From assembly GCF_001194135.2 (NCBI RefSeq), contig NC_068981.1:98062931-98126930 (forward strand): a stretch of 64,000 nt of DNA, written 5' to 3'. This DNA comes from Octopus bimaculoides (lineage: Eukaryota). Position numbers and translations under genes: made by a program. The notes beneath the pieces are model-generated. The model was not told the origin of the DNA and did not search any database. It was given only the letters and a program-made list of their open reading frames with translations. Of this stretch, positions 1-12,130 are shown one piece after another; within the stretch, counting starts at the first letter, position 1, and the number at the start of each line of letters is the position of its first letter.

Positions 1-604
1 ACTGGGGTAGGGGGTGAAGGGAGAAATCTAAGAAACAGATAATGGTTTCAAATTTTGGCGCATGGTCAGTAATTTTAGTGGGTGGGACAAGTCAATTACA
101 TTGACCCCAGTGTTCAACTCGTATTTATTTTATCAATCCTGAAAGGATGAAAAACAAGGTCAACATCAAAGAAATTTGAACTCAGAATGTAAGGAGTTGA
201 AAGAGAAGAAATGCCATTAAGTATTTTGTCTGATATACGATTCTGCCAGGTTGCCATCTTGAGAATATTTATAATGTCAGATAAAAATGTATGCAACAAA
301 CAGGCACTTACCTTAAAATCAGACAAATGAGAATGTATCACATGTACCACTACATGTTTCTTCTCTGCAGGCACAAAACATCAGAGATGCCTTGGTAGCA
401 ATAACTTCTACACTAAGCTCTATTCCCATGTCTTCAGGTTTCTCTTGCAGATTCTCAAGCTAGTCTATAGAGTGTCCTTATAATGGGGCAGTGGGTGACC
501 TTGGGGCCTGGCACCAGAGCTAAGCTGACTAGATTACTATATTTATCAGTATTCAAGACATATCATTTGTCCTGTGTCTAATGCAGCCATGATACAGATA
601 AGAG

Positions 605-993
605 TGTGGCGACACAATGGCCCAGTGGTCAGGGCAGCAGTCTCGCGGTCATAGGATCGCAGTTTCGATTCCCAGACCGGGCGTTGTGAGTGTTTATTGA
701 GCGAAAACACCTAAAGCTCCACGAGGCTCCGGCAGGGGATGGTGGTGAACCCTGCTGTACTCTTCCACCACAACTTTCTCTCACTCTTACTTCCTGTTTC
801 TGTTGTGCCTGTAATTCAAAGGGTCAGCCTTGTCACACTGTGTCACGCTGAATATCCCCGAGAACTACGTTAAGGGTACACGTGTCTGTGGAGTGCTCAG
901 CCACTTGCACATTAATTTCACGAACAGGCTGTTCCGTTGATCGGATCAACTGGAACCCTCGTCATCGTAAGCGATGGAGTAACAACAACAACA
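605..993 (+). mobile_element. Full-length tRNA-derived SINE, family A, copy 1
   Basis: tRNA-like head with A box (caatggcccagtgg) and B box (gtttcgattccc), (CAA)n tail. TSD acagat(a/g)agag at 594-604 and 994-1004. Highly similar to the copies at 8120 and 16157. Confidence 0.9.
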
Positions 994-1224
994 ACAGATG
1001 AGAGAAGACACCACAGGCTAGGGATCTGAATGAGCATAAGTCCCTAGGCACAATAATTGCTACGAATAATATAATATTGTAACAAGCCAAATTGTCAAAG
1101 ACCTTTAACACCAACTTACGAAAAATTTCTTTTGGTACATAAGCAGTTAAGAGGGGAAGTCATATCATATTACATTGCCTTCTTCAGCATACATAACCCA
1201 TACCTGATATATGCCTTGCATTAT

Positions 1225-1445
1225 TTAACTCTTTAGCATTCAGATTACTTTGTCAATTATAATATTTATATATTTACATTTTATAAAATTAATCCTGTAT
1301 TATGTCTGAGATTTTGAGGATGTAATTGTTTATGTTTTGAATGATATTGCAGCATAGGTGTAAGAGGCTGGATCTCACCAGTTTGAACACAAAACAGGTA
1401 GAATATTTGGACCAGATATGGCCTGTTTAAATGCTGAAGGGTTAA
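1225..1445 (+). mobile_element. piggyBac-like MITE family E
   Basis: TTAA-ctctttagcatt ... aatgctgaaggg-TTAA, about 220 bp. Further copies at about 18545-18768 (-), 23620-23808, 28436-28658 (-), 36980-37146 and 48985-49151. Confidence 0.8.
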
Positions 1446-1460
1446 TGACTATGTCACTTC

Positions 1461-1847
1461 TCTTTTATCTTTTATTTGTACCAGTCATTAGATTGTGGCC
1501 ATGCTGGGGCACTGCATTCATGAACTTTAGTCAAATGAATCGATCCCAGCGGTTTTTAAATTTTTTTAAGCCAGGTACTTCTCCCATCAGTCACTTTCAC
1601 CAAACAGCTAAGTTATGGGGATGTAAACACACCAACACTGGTTGTCAAATAGTGCTGGAGGACAGACACATACACACATACAGATATACACAACAGGCTT
1701 CTTTTAGTTTCCATTTGCCAAATCCACTCACAAGGCTTTAGTAGGCCTGAGGCTATAACAGAAGACACTTGCCCAAAGTGTCGCACAATGGGATTGAACC
1801 CGGAACTACATGGCTGGGAAGCAAACTTATTACCACACAGCCACACC
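1461..1847 (-). mobile_element. SINE family B (tRNA-like head, CORE-like ttgggcaagtgtcttct block, internal CA microsatellite, ctgaaacaagtaaaaga tail)
   Basis: Matches about 20 other copies in the window; head ggctgtgtggtaa lies on the minus strand. Confidence 0.85.
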
Positions 1848-1849
1848 TT

Positions 1850-2224
1850 TTATCTTTAATCTTTTATTTGTTTCAGTCATTTGACTGCAGCAATGTTGAG
1901 GTACTGCCTTGAAGAGTGTTAGTCAAACAAATTGACCCCAGGACTATTTTTTAAGCCTAATATTTATTCTATCAGTCTCTTTTGTTAAACTGCTAAGTTA
2001 TGGGGACATAAACACATCAACATTGGTTGTCCCCACCAGGGGATGGACACAAACACACAGATAGATACATGATGAGCTTTTTTCAGTTTCCATCAACCAA
2101 ATCCATTCACAATGCTTTGATTGGCCTGAGGCTATGATAAAAGACACCTGACCAAGGTGCCATGCAATAGGACTGAACTTGGAACCATGTGGTTGGGAAT
2201 CAAATTTCTTACCACACAGCTACG
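1850..2224 (-). mobile_element. SINE family B, directly adjacent to the previous copy
   Basis: Same motif order from tttcagtcatttgactg to accacacagc. Confidence 0.85.
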
Positions 2225-2568
2225 TTTAATATTTTTAATTATCTTAAGTGAAAAGTTCTCCTAAAAAGATGAGAGGAATATTAAACTTCCATCCACTTGT
2301 CAGCTACTTGCTATGAGTGGATGACAACAAAACTACAGTGGTGGCATGCACCTTGGTGACTGATCACAGTCACACAAAAAACATCACTAGAAATATGACT
2401 TTACATCATGTAACAAACAATTTTTTCGACCAAAATATAAACAACTATACTGTTTAACAGAAAAAAGATGAAGTCAAAATATAGTACTCCCATAATAAAG
2501 TTTGTTTGTAATAAATTTATAGTTTCATACATTCTTGTAGTATACTGTCACAGTATTGTATATATATA

Positions 2569-2792
2569 TATGAGGGGTTACTGAAAAGATCCTGACTTTG
2601 GGTAAAAGAAAATACAGGAGGATTAGTTATGATTTTATTCAACATATCCCCTTCTAAGATTCTCACACTTATTGCAGCGGTCCTTTAGTTTTTTTTTCTA
2701 AGCCCTGTAAAAGAACTTGGAAGGTTGGACCTCCAACCAGGTCCTTTGTGATACCCTCGAAGCTGGGGACTTTTTAGCACCCTACCCACCTA
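2569..2792 (-). mobile_element. Mariner-derived MITE (about 220 bp)
   Basis: Sits at TA; TIRs tgaggggttactgaaaagatcctg / ctggggactttttagcaccc. Reverse-orientation sibling of 37171-37391. Confidence 0.75.
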
Positions 2793-3498
2793 CATGCACA
2801 GAATATGTTTTCCGTTATGAAATTACATCAAAATATCTTTCAATAAGTATGTGATGAAACATTAAATTTGCTGTTTCCACAATATCCTAATAAAATAGGG
2901 GTGCATTTTATGCAGGAGTGCATTTTATACATTGGGAAACACTGTAATTAGTGATATATATAAGTACTATTTAAGGATGGAACTATTTGTGGTGTGGCAG
3001 ACATTGTGATAACTGTTGTTGTAGTGGCAGTGGTGGATGTAGTAGTAATAAAGGTGAAAAAGAAAGAAAAATAAGAGAAATAGAAAATATAAGGCTTTAC
3101 CAGTCACCAGTACCACCATTTACTATGCTCACCACCACTACACATCACCTTCTCTCTAACCATCGGAAACACAATATACCAAAGTATCGGAAATAGACCC
3201 AGTTTAAACCAAAGCTTTCATCCCTATATTCTTATCCGACAAGCATCAAAGTATACCTAAGTTCTGTTTTACTTCCATCCACCACCACCACCACTAGGAA
3301 AAACAACAACAACAATCACACTAACATCATCAACCATGCTGGTACCACTCAGTCACACTTATCACCACCTCAAGTACTCACTTCATCTACATTTACAGCA
3401 TTGTTCAGAATCTGAATGCATAGCTATCACAATAGTCTCTTCACACGACTAAGAAATATCATGCCTCCCACCCATTTTCTCTCTCTCTCTCTTTCTCC

Positions 3499-3539
<41 letters not shown>

Positions 3540-4172
3540 GAATAAACAACAGAAGAGGTGTTATAGAGATCAGGGCTTAAAATTTCCAGACTGAGTTACA
3601 TTTGCAGCTGGCTAGATACACATGAGACTCTCCAGCAATACTGATTGAAAATAACTGATAAGGAAACCAAATATATTGGTTCTTAGAAACATTAATATAT
3701 TTCTGTTTCGCTAGCAGTTGGACTGCTGACATTCTTTAGAACAGCATGGAGCAGAGTTGATGGCTTAACATTAACAACTGAAACAATGACAAACTGGCTG
3801 GAGAGCAAATGAAAGGTGAATAGTCAAAGACATGCGCAACTTTTTGTTTCAATTTCAGACAAATAGCAACCCTCTGGACAGATGCAATTGGTTTGAGTGG
3901 AGGACACTGAAATAGTAAATTATTAGCTTCATTAAAAAGTTACCTAATGGATCTATGAGGGTGTATATAGTTGCATATAGTTATGTAGATGAGAGAACTG
4001 TGCATCATATAATTTGCTAAATAATAGAATGGTTAACTGAACTGTCTCCAGATGATTACAGTTCTAAACAGAGGAGAGAATAAAACTACTACTGAGTCTT
4101 TACATGGACACTTTCAATAAGAAGGAACAAAGAGAAAACACTAACTAGACTACCACAATCTGAACTACCACA

Positions 4173-4260
4173 GTCACTAGCTGCATTTATGTGGTCACTG
4201 GCTGCATGTATGTGGTCACTGGCTGCATGTATGTGGTCACTGGCTGCATATATATGGTCA
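4173..4260. repeat. 21-bp minisatellite, 4 units
   Basis: Unit gtcactggctgcatgtatgtg. Confidence 0.9.
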
Positions 4261-5489
4261 TCAGTTTGCAGCTAACAAGCCAATAAAAGAGCCTCTATGC
4301 AGTCACTTAACTTGCTAGAAAAAGTACCCAAATACTCTGAAACACACACACACTAACATTTTAAATAAATAAATAATAAAGTAACTGGATAAAGTAATTC
4401 TAGATGCAGTATATCTGAATTAATTTTTTAATTCAGATATACTGTATCTAGGTAAAGAAAGAAAACTAAGTGTATGGTCACAGCAGGAACCTTACTCATA
4501 TAATTACATTTAATGAGCTCAAGATAAAATATTCACAGCTAGAGTACACTAAAATGAAACTAGACTCAAATAGATTTCCTTAATCAAGTATTTAAGTACA
4601 TGTGTATGTTCTTATGTATCAATTAGATGAAATTATTACTACAGATAAGGAAACGATACTAATTTTTTAGATACAATAACTAACAGACAAATTGGATAAT
4701 GTAATTCTAGATTCAGAATTTTAAAAAAAGGAAAAAAGGAAAAAGCATATGGCCACAGCAAGAATGTTATTGATCCTAGATCTATTCAATCAGGACTGCC
4801 CTAGGAGTAAACAAGCTAAGTTTTCTGACCAGCACTGGCCATGTAGACAGAAATAGTAAGCAGGAGTAACACACTCTCACTTAACTTGCTTTCAGTTTAC
4901 AGAAAAAATTTATATTGCATTTTACCAATTCATTTGATCCCATCATATCTATTTCTGATCCATTGAGTCAAGTACCCAGTCATTTACTATTGGCATAACA
5001 AGATCTAAGATCAATGACATTCTTGCTGTGAACATATGCTTTTTATTGTATTTTTTAAATTTGGAATCTAGAGTTACATTATCCAATCTGTGCAGAATTA
5101 CATTATCTAATTTGTCTGTTAAGTTATTGTATATCAAAAACATTAGTGTTATTTCCTTATTTGTAGTTATAATTCCATCTAACTGAAACATAAGAACATA
5201 CACATGTACTTAAATACATGATTAAGGAAATCCATTTGAGTCTAGTTTCATCAAATTAATGTACTCTAGCAGTGGATATTTTATGGAGTCTTTATAAGGT
5301 AGCTAAAGGTTGTAGAAATAGCAATCAAATCTCCCTTAAATTTATATCTTAAAAAAAGAATACACAAGACAGTGTTGCTCAAGGTATGTTATGCCTGCAA
5401 AAAACCAGGAGGGTCATAATTAGAATGCCTATGATCATTGGTCTGTTCAGCAAGGGTCAAATAGGGCCTGTACAACAAACACCATCATT

Positions 5490-5815
5490 GGCTGTATGGT
5501 AAGGAGCTTGCTTCCCAACAACATAGTGTTGGATTCAATCCCACTGCATGGCTCTTTGGGCAAGTGTCTTCTGCTACAGCCCTGGGCCAACCAAATCCTT
5601 ATGAGTCAATTTAGTTGACAGGAACTGAAAGAAGCTCATTGTGTGTGTGTGTGGGGGGGGTGCATGTGTGTGTTATTGTGTGTGTGTTAGTCACTGTCTC
5701 CTAGCCTTGACTTCACATGATAGCTGTAAATAAATGTCATTGCTATGCAAGCCGTATCCTTTGTGTCCTTCTATGGAAACAGGCCTAGTCACAAGGAATA
5801 TTACTTCAATAAACC
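5490..5815 (+). mobile_element. SINE with family B head and a diverged family C-type body
   Basis: ggctgtatggtaaggagcttgc ... ttgggcaagtgtcttct, GT repeat, then a body resembling the one at 43845. Confidence 0.7.
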
Positions 5816-6505
5816 AAACTATACAACATGTAATTATTTTTTGTGAGGGAATGGTGGATCTTGAAGCAGATAAAGTTATAAACAATAGCAAGTAAATATT
5901 GGACTTAAAAAAACCATTTGGAAAAAAAATTCAAAGTCTGCTCAATACTTATCACATTTAAAAGAGATGTGGATCCATATCCCACAGTCAGACCATAACA
6001 TTTTCAATCCAAAGGGATTTTTAACCTGATATTTACATGCCATTGTTCATAGCTTTATCTGCTTCAAGATCTACCATTCAAAGAAAAAATTATTTCACAT
6101 TCTCTCAGTGTTTATAAATTCTTCTGGATGCCAACAACATACACATTGTTTAACACAGTCTTAAAGCAGTGTTGCTGTAAAATGGAAATTGGGGAATATA
6201 CTACAAGTTATCAGCAAAATGAGGCCGCTATCAAACTTACAGCAGCTTAAGATTGAGCAAAAAAAATTCACGTTTGGTGTCCATAACCAATGAAGCATGT
6301 TGCCACAGCACATGTTCTATAGTCCAATGTCATCATTCATAACACAGTGGCATATCTCCACACACATTGTCCTCCAAAGACAGTATCCACAACAAAGGTC
6401 TTTCCATGGTTGAATGTACACAAACGTATTAAATGTAACTGTAAACATTTATACTCTAAAGTGTATTTATAAGGTTAAAACACACAAACACACATACATA
6501 TATGC

Positions 6506-6737
6506 TTAACTCTTTAGCATTTACACTAATCTCTGAAATGTAATGCTTAGTTATTCACATAGTTTTGAATTAGTCATGCATTGTCTTCAAGCTTTAAGAT
6601 TTTTATGTAACTGTTTATTTTTAGAATGACACTGTAGGATTGGTGTGAAAGGCCAGATCTGGCTAGTTTGAACATAAAACAAGTAGATGTTGGTTAGTAG
6701 AAGAAGAAGTAGTAGTAGTAGTAGTAATAGTAGTAGT

Positions 6738-6805
<68 letters not shown>

Positions 6806-6826
6806 TAGTAGTAGTAGGCATCTTTC

Positions 6827-6867
<41 letters not shown>

Positions 6868-7097
6868 GCATCCGTCAAGTCTCGGGAGACCATGGATCTG
6901 CATCAAAAAAATTGTGGTGTTGATGGTGGTGCAGCATCTGCTGTGGATGTAGAGGCCCACATGGGAGTGGCAGACACACATATAGCAACTGTATTTGAAG
7001 GAGCTCTCTACCAGCGCTACTGGTTTTTCTTCTTTTTTTGTGTGCTTTTCTTTGGTGACAAGTTCCTATACGGCAGATTTAAATGCTAAAGGGTTAA
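6506..7097 (+). mobile_element. piggyBac-like MITE family E interrupted by an RTE LINE 3' end
   Basis: TTAA/TIR at both ends; body broken at about 6695-7070. Confidence 0.8.
6695..7070 (-). mobile_element. 5'-truncated RTE-clade LINE 3' end with (ACT)n tail
   Basis: Minus ORF CVCHSHVGLYIHSRCC resembles the RTE C-terminal CxxC..S.IGL.SH.R.C motif. It is followed by atccatggtctcccgagacttgacggatgccta and long (CTA)/(CTG) repeats. Confidence 0.75.
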
Positions 7098-7358
7098 TTA
7101 TATCTTTTGATTAGCTGCAAAGCTACATAAGTACATGGCTCTTATCAAAATTTTACTAAGTGCCTTGCACAAAATTCAAGGCCCTTGAGCCACTACAATA
7201 GCTTTACATCTCATAAATAAACAAACATATGTTCTATTTTGCATATTGACACGTGTCTGTTTGTACCATAGTACTGTTTGTACTATGACACATGTTGTTT
7301 AAACATATACAGTTCTCATTATTTGGAAATTCTTGAATTTAAATAAAATGTAACTTAC

Positions 7359-7436
7359 CTGAAGCTACCATAGACAATCAGGAGTATTGAGATCACAAAT
7401 GTTGACAACCTGGAGGAATCTACCACTGAGATGGCT
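7359..7436 (-). CDS. SPPL3: Internal coding exon (exon 2 equivalent) of signal peptide peptidase-like 3, an intramembrane aspartyl protease
   Basis: Minus strand reads polyT-CAG|a gcc atc tca gtg gta gat tcc tcc agg ttg tca aca ttt gtg atc tca ata ctc ctg att gtc tat ggt agc ttc ag|GTAAGT = [25 protein letters not shown](R). Human SPPL3 as I recall it: [26 protein letters not shown]. Canonical acceptor and donor, 78 bp, phase 2/2. Confidence 0.93.
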
Positions 7437-7465
7437 CTGAAAAAAAAAACCCCCAGATATTCCAT

Positions 7466-7512
<47 letters not shown>

Positions 7513-7824
7513 GTCTTTCAATTTTGTTTCCATTTCTTGCTGACCATCTTCCAGACACCTAGGGCAAAGAAACTCACTGTATACATTGGTAGTTCATTAA
7601 AATAAAGATACTAGATTGTTCATTTACAAAATCATGTGATACAAAAAAAAAAAGGAGGAAGAGAGACAGAGCAAAAAAAGACAGAAGGAAAAAAAGGAAA
7701 CAAGGAAAATGAAGGGAAAAAAGGATGAAAATTCAGTGACAACGCTCTTTTCAATACATGTGATGTACCAGTTAAGTCAATCTTTTGCACTGCCTGCATG
7801 GAGGGTAAGCCAAGGATCATCCTC

Positions 7825-7864
<40 letters not shown>

Positions 7865-8119
7865 AATTCTTTGATACAAGACATTGACTGTAGCAACAAT
7901 AACAACAACAAACTTATGTGAAACTGTTATCAGCTTTCAGTTATGCAGTCAAAGTATCTCTTTCTCATTCAACTACTGTTACCATCACCACTACTACTAC
8001 CACTACAACTACTATCTCAACTACTACTCCTGCTTGTTTCTAGTTGTAATCAGCAATGGATCTCATTCTATCCCAGTCTATTCCCACTAATAGTGTTATG
8101 TTTGTATATGGAGACATGT

Positions 8120-8497
8120 TGTTGTTGTTGGCACTCCGTCGCATACGACGTCGAGAGTTCCAGTCGATCCAATCAACGGAACAGCCTTCTCGTGAAATTA
8201 ACGTGCAAGTGGCTGAGCAAGCCACAGACACGTGTCCCCTTAACATAGTTCTCGGGGATATTCAGTGTGACAAGGCTGGCCCTTTGAAATACAGGTACAA
8301 CAGAAACAGGAAAAAAGAGTGAGAGAAAGTTGTGGTAGAAGAGTACAGCAGGGTTCGCCACCATCCCCTGCCGGAGCCTTGTGGAGCTTTAGGTGTTTTC
8401 GCTCAATAAACACTCACAATGCCCGGTCTGGGAATCGAAACTGCGATCCTATGATCGCGAGTCTGCTGCCCTAACCACTGGGCCATTGCGCCTCTAC
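8120..8497 (-). mobile_element. Full-length tRNA-derived SINE, family A, copy 2
   Basis: Reverse complement of family A. Perfect 12-bp TSD atggagacatgt at 8108-8119 and 8498-8509. Confidence 0.92.
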
Positions 8498-9199
8498 ATG
8501 GAGACATGTACTGTACTACAAAGGGTAAGCTCCCACAAAGCTGAGTTCTCAGCTCAGTTTTAATTTATGACTGGCTGTTTCCCTTCTTTTACACAACAGG
8601 CACTTTTCGAAAAGTAATAAATATCACAACATGCAGTTTCTACTGCCTTGTAAACCTGAGCTTCAAACAGTGGATGAACTGGTAGAATTGTTAGAATACT
8701 AGACAAAACACTTTGTGGTATTAAGTTATAATCCTTTGTTCTGAATTTAAATTCTGCCAAGGTCAACTTTATTTTTTAACATTCAGAAAGGGCAATAAAA
8801 TAAATACTGGCCAAGAAGAGGGATTGATATATAACTAAATATCATGTGATGTACATCATTTCTACAAGGTGGTCTAGCTAGCTTTTCATCATCAGCAGCA
8901 GTAGTAGTAATCACCATCATCATTTAACGTCCACTTTTCCATGCTTGCATGAATTCGATACAATTTGCTGAGGCCCTTCCTATCATCTTCACTCATCTGT
9001 TTCCAAGCAAGGGAATATTTGCCCCATGGCCAGACATTTTTACTTACTAGACATAGTGAGATGTTTACATGGAAGATTGATAACAAACATCAATGCTTTA
9101 TGACAATGAAGATCATCTAAGAACCATCATGAGACGTTGAGACAAATATGTATGTGTGTGCATGTGTGTGTGCATATTCATACACACACCCACACATAT

Positions 9200-9720
9200 C
9201 ATTATCAACATTTCATGTCCATTTTCCATGCTAGCATGAGGGGCTGCACCAATTCCATAGTCTGTTTTGGCTTGGTTTCTACTGCTAGATGCCCTTCCTG
9301 ATGCCAACCACTTTAAAGAATGCACTCGGTGCTTTTTATGTGGCATCTTGGTTTTAGGATCTCAATTCTGTTGTGGTGGACAGGTCTTCTAGAGCAGGGA
9401 TTTTTAAACTTTTTGACTTGCGGACCCCTTTATATTTCAGGCTTTACCTTAGGGACCCCCTTATAAACGCTTATGAAATTTATACATAAATATTTGCTTA
9501 AAATAACATATTTTTACATTTATTTATTTAACAGTATTTAACAAATAGGGTTATTGTCAATTAAAAGATTTCGATTTAAAAACATATATAAAATCAAATT
9601 GCCCATAAAAAGTATTTGCTGTCTATGGACCCCCTGTCTTGTCCTTGCAGACCCCCTGTGGTCCGCGGACCATAGTTTGAAAACCCGTTCTAGAGTACAG
9701 GAATTTACCAGATATCTCAG
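9200..9720 (-). mobile_element. SINE family C interrupted by a hAT MITE
   Basis: catttcatgtccattttccatgctagcatg ... gatgcccttcctgatgccaacc, resuming after 9695. Confidence 0.7.
9395..9687. mobile_element. hAT (Charlie-like) MITE
   Basis: 8-bp TSD ttctagag at 9387-9394 and 9688-9695, fitting the NTCTARAN preference of Charlie-type hATs. TIRs cagggatttttaaact / agtttgaaaacccg. Confidence 0.85.
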
Positions 9721-9725
9721 TTTTT

Positions 9726-9762
<37 letters not shown>

Positions 9763-11269
9763 GTGTATGAATGGGGTGTCATCATCATCATCATTTAACA
9801 TAGAAGACAAAGATAAGATGATGATGACCTTCCTCCTCCACACACACATATACATACATACATACATACAAACAAATTCTGTGCTTGTAATAATTTTTTT
9901 AGGAAAATGTAAAACTGCAAGTGGAGAAAAATGTTGAGCACAACTATTCACTCTGCTATACACACAGCTCTGTAAGTTACAACAATTCTAAATCCTCCAA
10001 TGTGCTTCTTGGAAAGGATAACATTAGCTTAATTTATTGAGACAATAGAATTAAAATTTAATCTGGCTTAATCCAATGGAGAGCTGCTTAACTTAATTGT
10101 CAAGCATGAAACAGTTTCAGCTAATCCATTTTCAACCTTGATAAATTAGGTAGGAAAAAAAAGATAACCTATGAAAAAAAAAAAAATTTTCTAGTTTGAT
10201 ATGTTTTATTTGTTATATTCTCCTACATTATGAATCTGTGAGGTCAGATTCAAAACATGTTTTGCATGTAGAAAATTTATTGTTCTTCAAAATCTCGCTA
10301 ATAAAAACACCTTTGTTGATAGTGAAGTGAAGGTTCATACTTTTATAGTAATCAAATTGTTAACGCTTTGCTCAAAATTGTATGCCTTCAGAAAATATTA
10401 GGAGCACATGCATAGCACATTATATATAATACAAGGCCATATGGCATAAATATAATCTATAATACTAAATGCCAAACCAAACTTTTGTGTGTCAGTGTCA
10501 CACTTTGCTCCCCCCCCCCTCACTATTTAATGACACTTCTACTCCTCTTGCTGGGTAATAGCAGGCATAGGGAAGGTGAAGGTAGTGGTAGATTGGCAGT
10601 TGAGATGGGGGTGACAGTAATAGTAAGAGCTGTAGTTGTGATAGAGGCGGAGGCGATGGTGAGGATGGCGGTGGTGGTGGTGGTAGCTGAGGCAGTCAAG
10701 CATGACGGTGATAGTAAGGGATGTGAAAGAGTGGTGATGGTGGTGAGGGGAAGGTGGCGAAGTCAAAGGTGTTGATAGTATTTGGCAAAAATACTCTAAC
10801 CCTAAAACCCTAAAGCTAAAACCAGTACAAACACACAAACGATGTCATAAATAACAATACCGCCCGATAATTGTTGACAAACAACGGCACTAATTTATTC
10901 AAGGAAAAAAATTCCATTACACCGCTAGAACGTTTTGTTTACATTCCACAGCGGTAATTGTTTTCACCTCAATAGACATCAGTGGTTGGCTGAAATTACC
11001 GAAATACGACAACTTTTAACATGAAATAACTTCGAGTATAAACATTTTTCTCTGTTCTATAAGACAAAATATACAAGTATACGAAGTTTTAAAGTGTTTC
11101 GGTAGAAAACACACTAAATTAAAACTAAATAAAAAGTGGCGCCCACCAAATCAGAAAGATCCGGTGGTAGTACTGGTGGTGGTTGAAAACAATCAGCAGA
11201 AAGAGAGAGGGAAAGAAAGAGGTTAGACAGAAAAAAATTGAACTGACCCCAACCCCATATAGGTGCAGA

Positions 11270-11385
11270 CATGACTGTGTAGGCAGGAAGCAAACTTTTC
11301 AACCATGTGGCCTTAGGTTTAGTCCCACCGTGCAGCTCCCCCCCCCCCCCCNNNNNNNNNNGTAGATGGGAACTGAAAGATGCTG

Positions 11386-11420
<35 letters not shown>

Positions 11421-11430
11421 CACCCTTGGC
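11270..11430 (+). mobile_element. SINE family B head fragment spanning a 10-N gap
   Basis: catgactgtgtaggcaggaagc ... gtagatgggaactgaaaga, then GT repeat. Confidence 0.6.
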
Positions 11431-11699
11431 TTGGCATCATATCTTCTTCTGTAAAAAAAAAATATCTGACCCATACTAGTATGAAAAGGTAGATGTTAAA
11501 TGGTGATGATGATGATATACAGGATGCACAGTATGTGTTACCAGATGTACCAAATTTTAACTTCATCATTTCCCTTTAAGTCTTATCAATAGTAGATTCA
11601 AATCTGACTGAAAAAGTGAAGGCATGCAATGCATAAGAAGCTAGCTGCTAACCACAGTGACTTAGAGCTGACCAGCTTCTTGGCTGGGCCATTCATGTT

Positions 11700-12130
11700 C
11701 AGGGTCATGAAAGGGCTAGAGACCATGTTCACCATGACCAACAGAAAGAAATAGTTTCAATGGGTGACTAAGTTCATCCAGTAAGTCCAAGATATCCTCA
11801 GCAGCAACTGCAGCAGTTTGATGGTAGGGTTTATCACAGGGTAGATCAAGGTGGTTGAATCTACTTTCAACTATGTGGTGCATGAAAACATCAGATACAA
11901 GTCTTACATGATGAGGAGAGTAAAGTTAACGTTCAGCCAGACCCCCAAGAGAAAGATGTGATCATGTGATTCACCACTCCCATCTCCACCTAAACATTAT
12001 ACAGCCTCTCAGCTCTTCTGATTTGAACCTTCTAAACTACTTTGTCTGGAGTGTCATGAAGTGAGGAACCAAGACCTCATGAGGTTTGCCTTAGAAGGTG
12101 GCACAAATTGGGTCTACCTGGCCTGCGTTG
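11700..12130 (+). pseudogene. Highly decayed Tc1/mariner (maT/DD37D-like) transposase remnant
   Basis: About 12001-12055 reads QPLSSSDLNLLNYFVWSV, resembling WPPSSPDLNPLDYFVW; the upstream similarity is weak. Confidence 0.55.

Noticed and set aside
606-680. tRNA genes at SINE heads (also 8420-8497, 16157-16230, 40935-41000)
   Set aside because: No complete cloverleaf or terminator; each continues into a SINE body, and the family A copies have TSDs.
6587-6981. Poly-Leu, poly-Ser and poly-Tyr ORFs, and the many CV/HT/YI-repeat and X-filled ORFs in the track
   Set aside because: Translations of microsatellites or N gaps; no splice or homology support.
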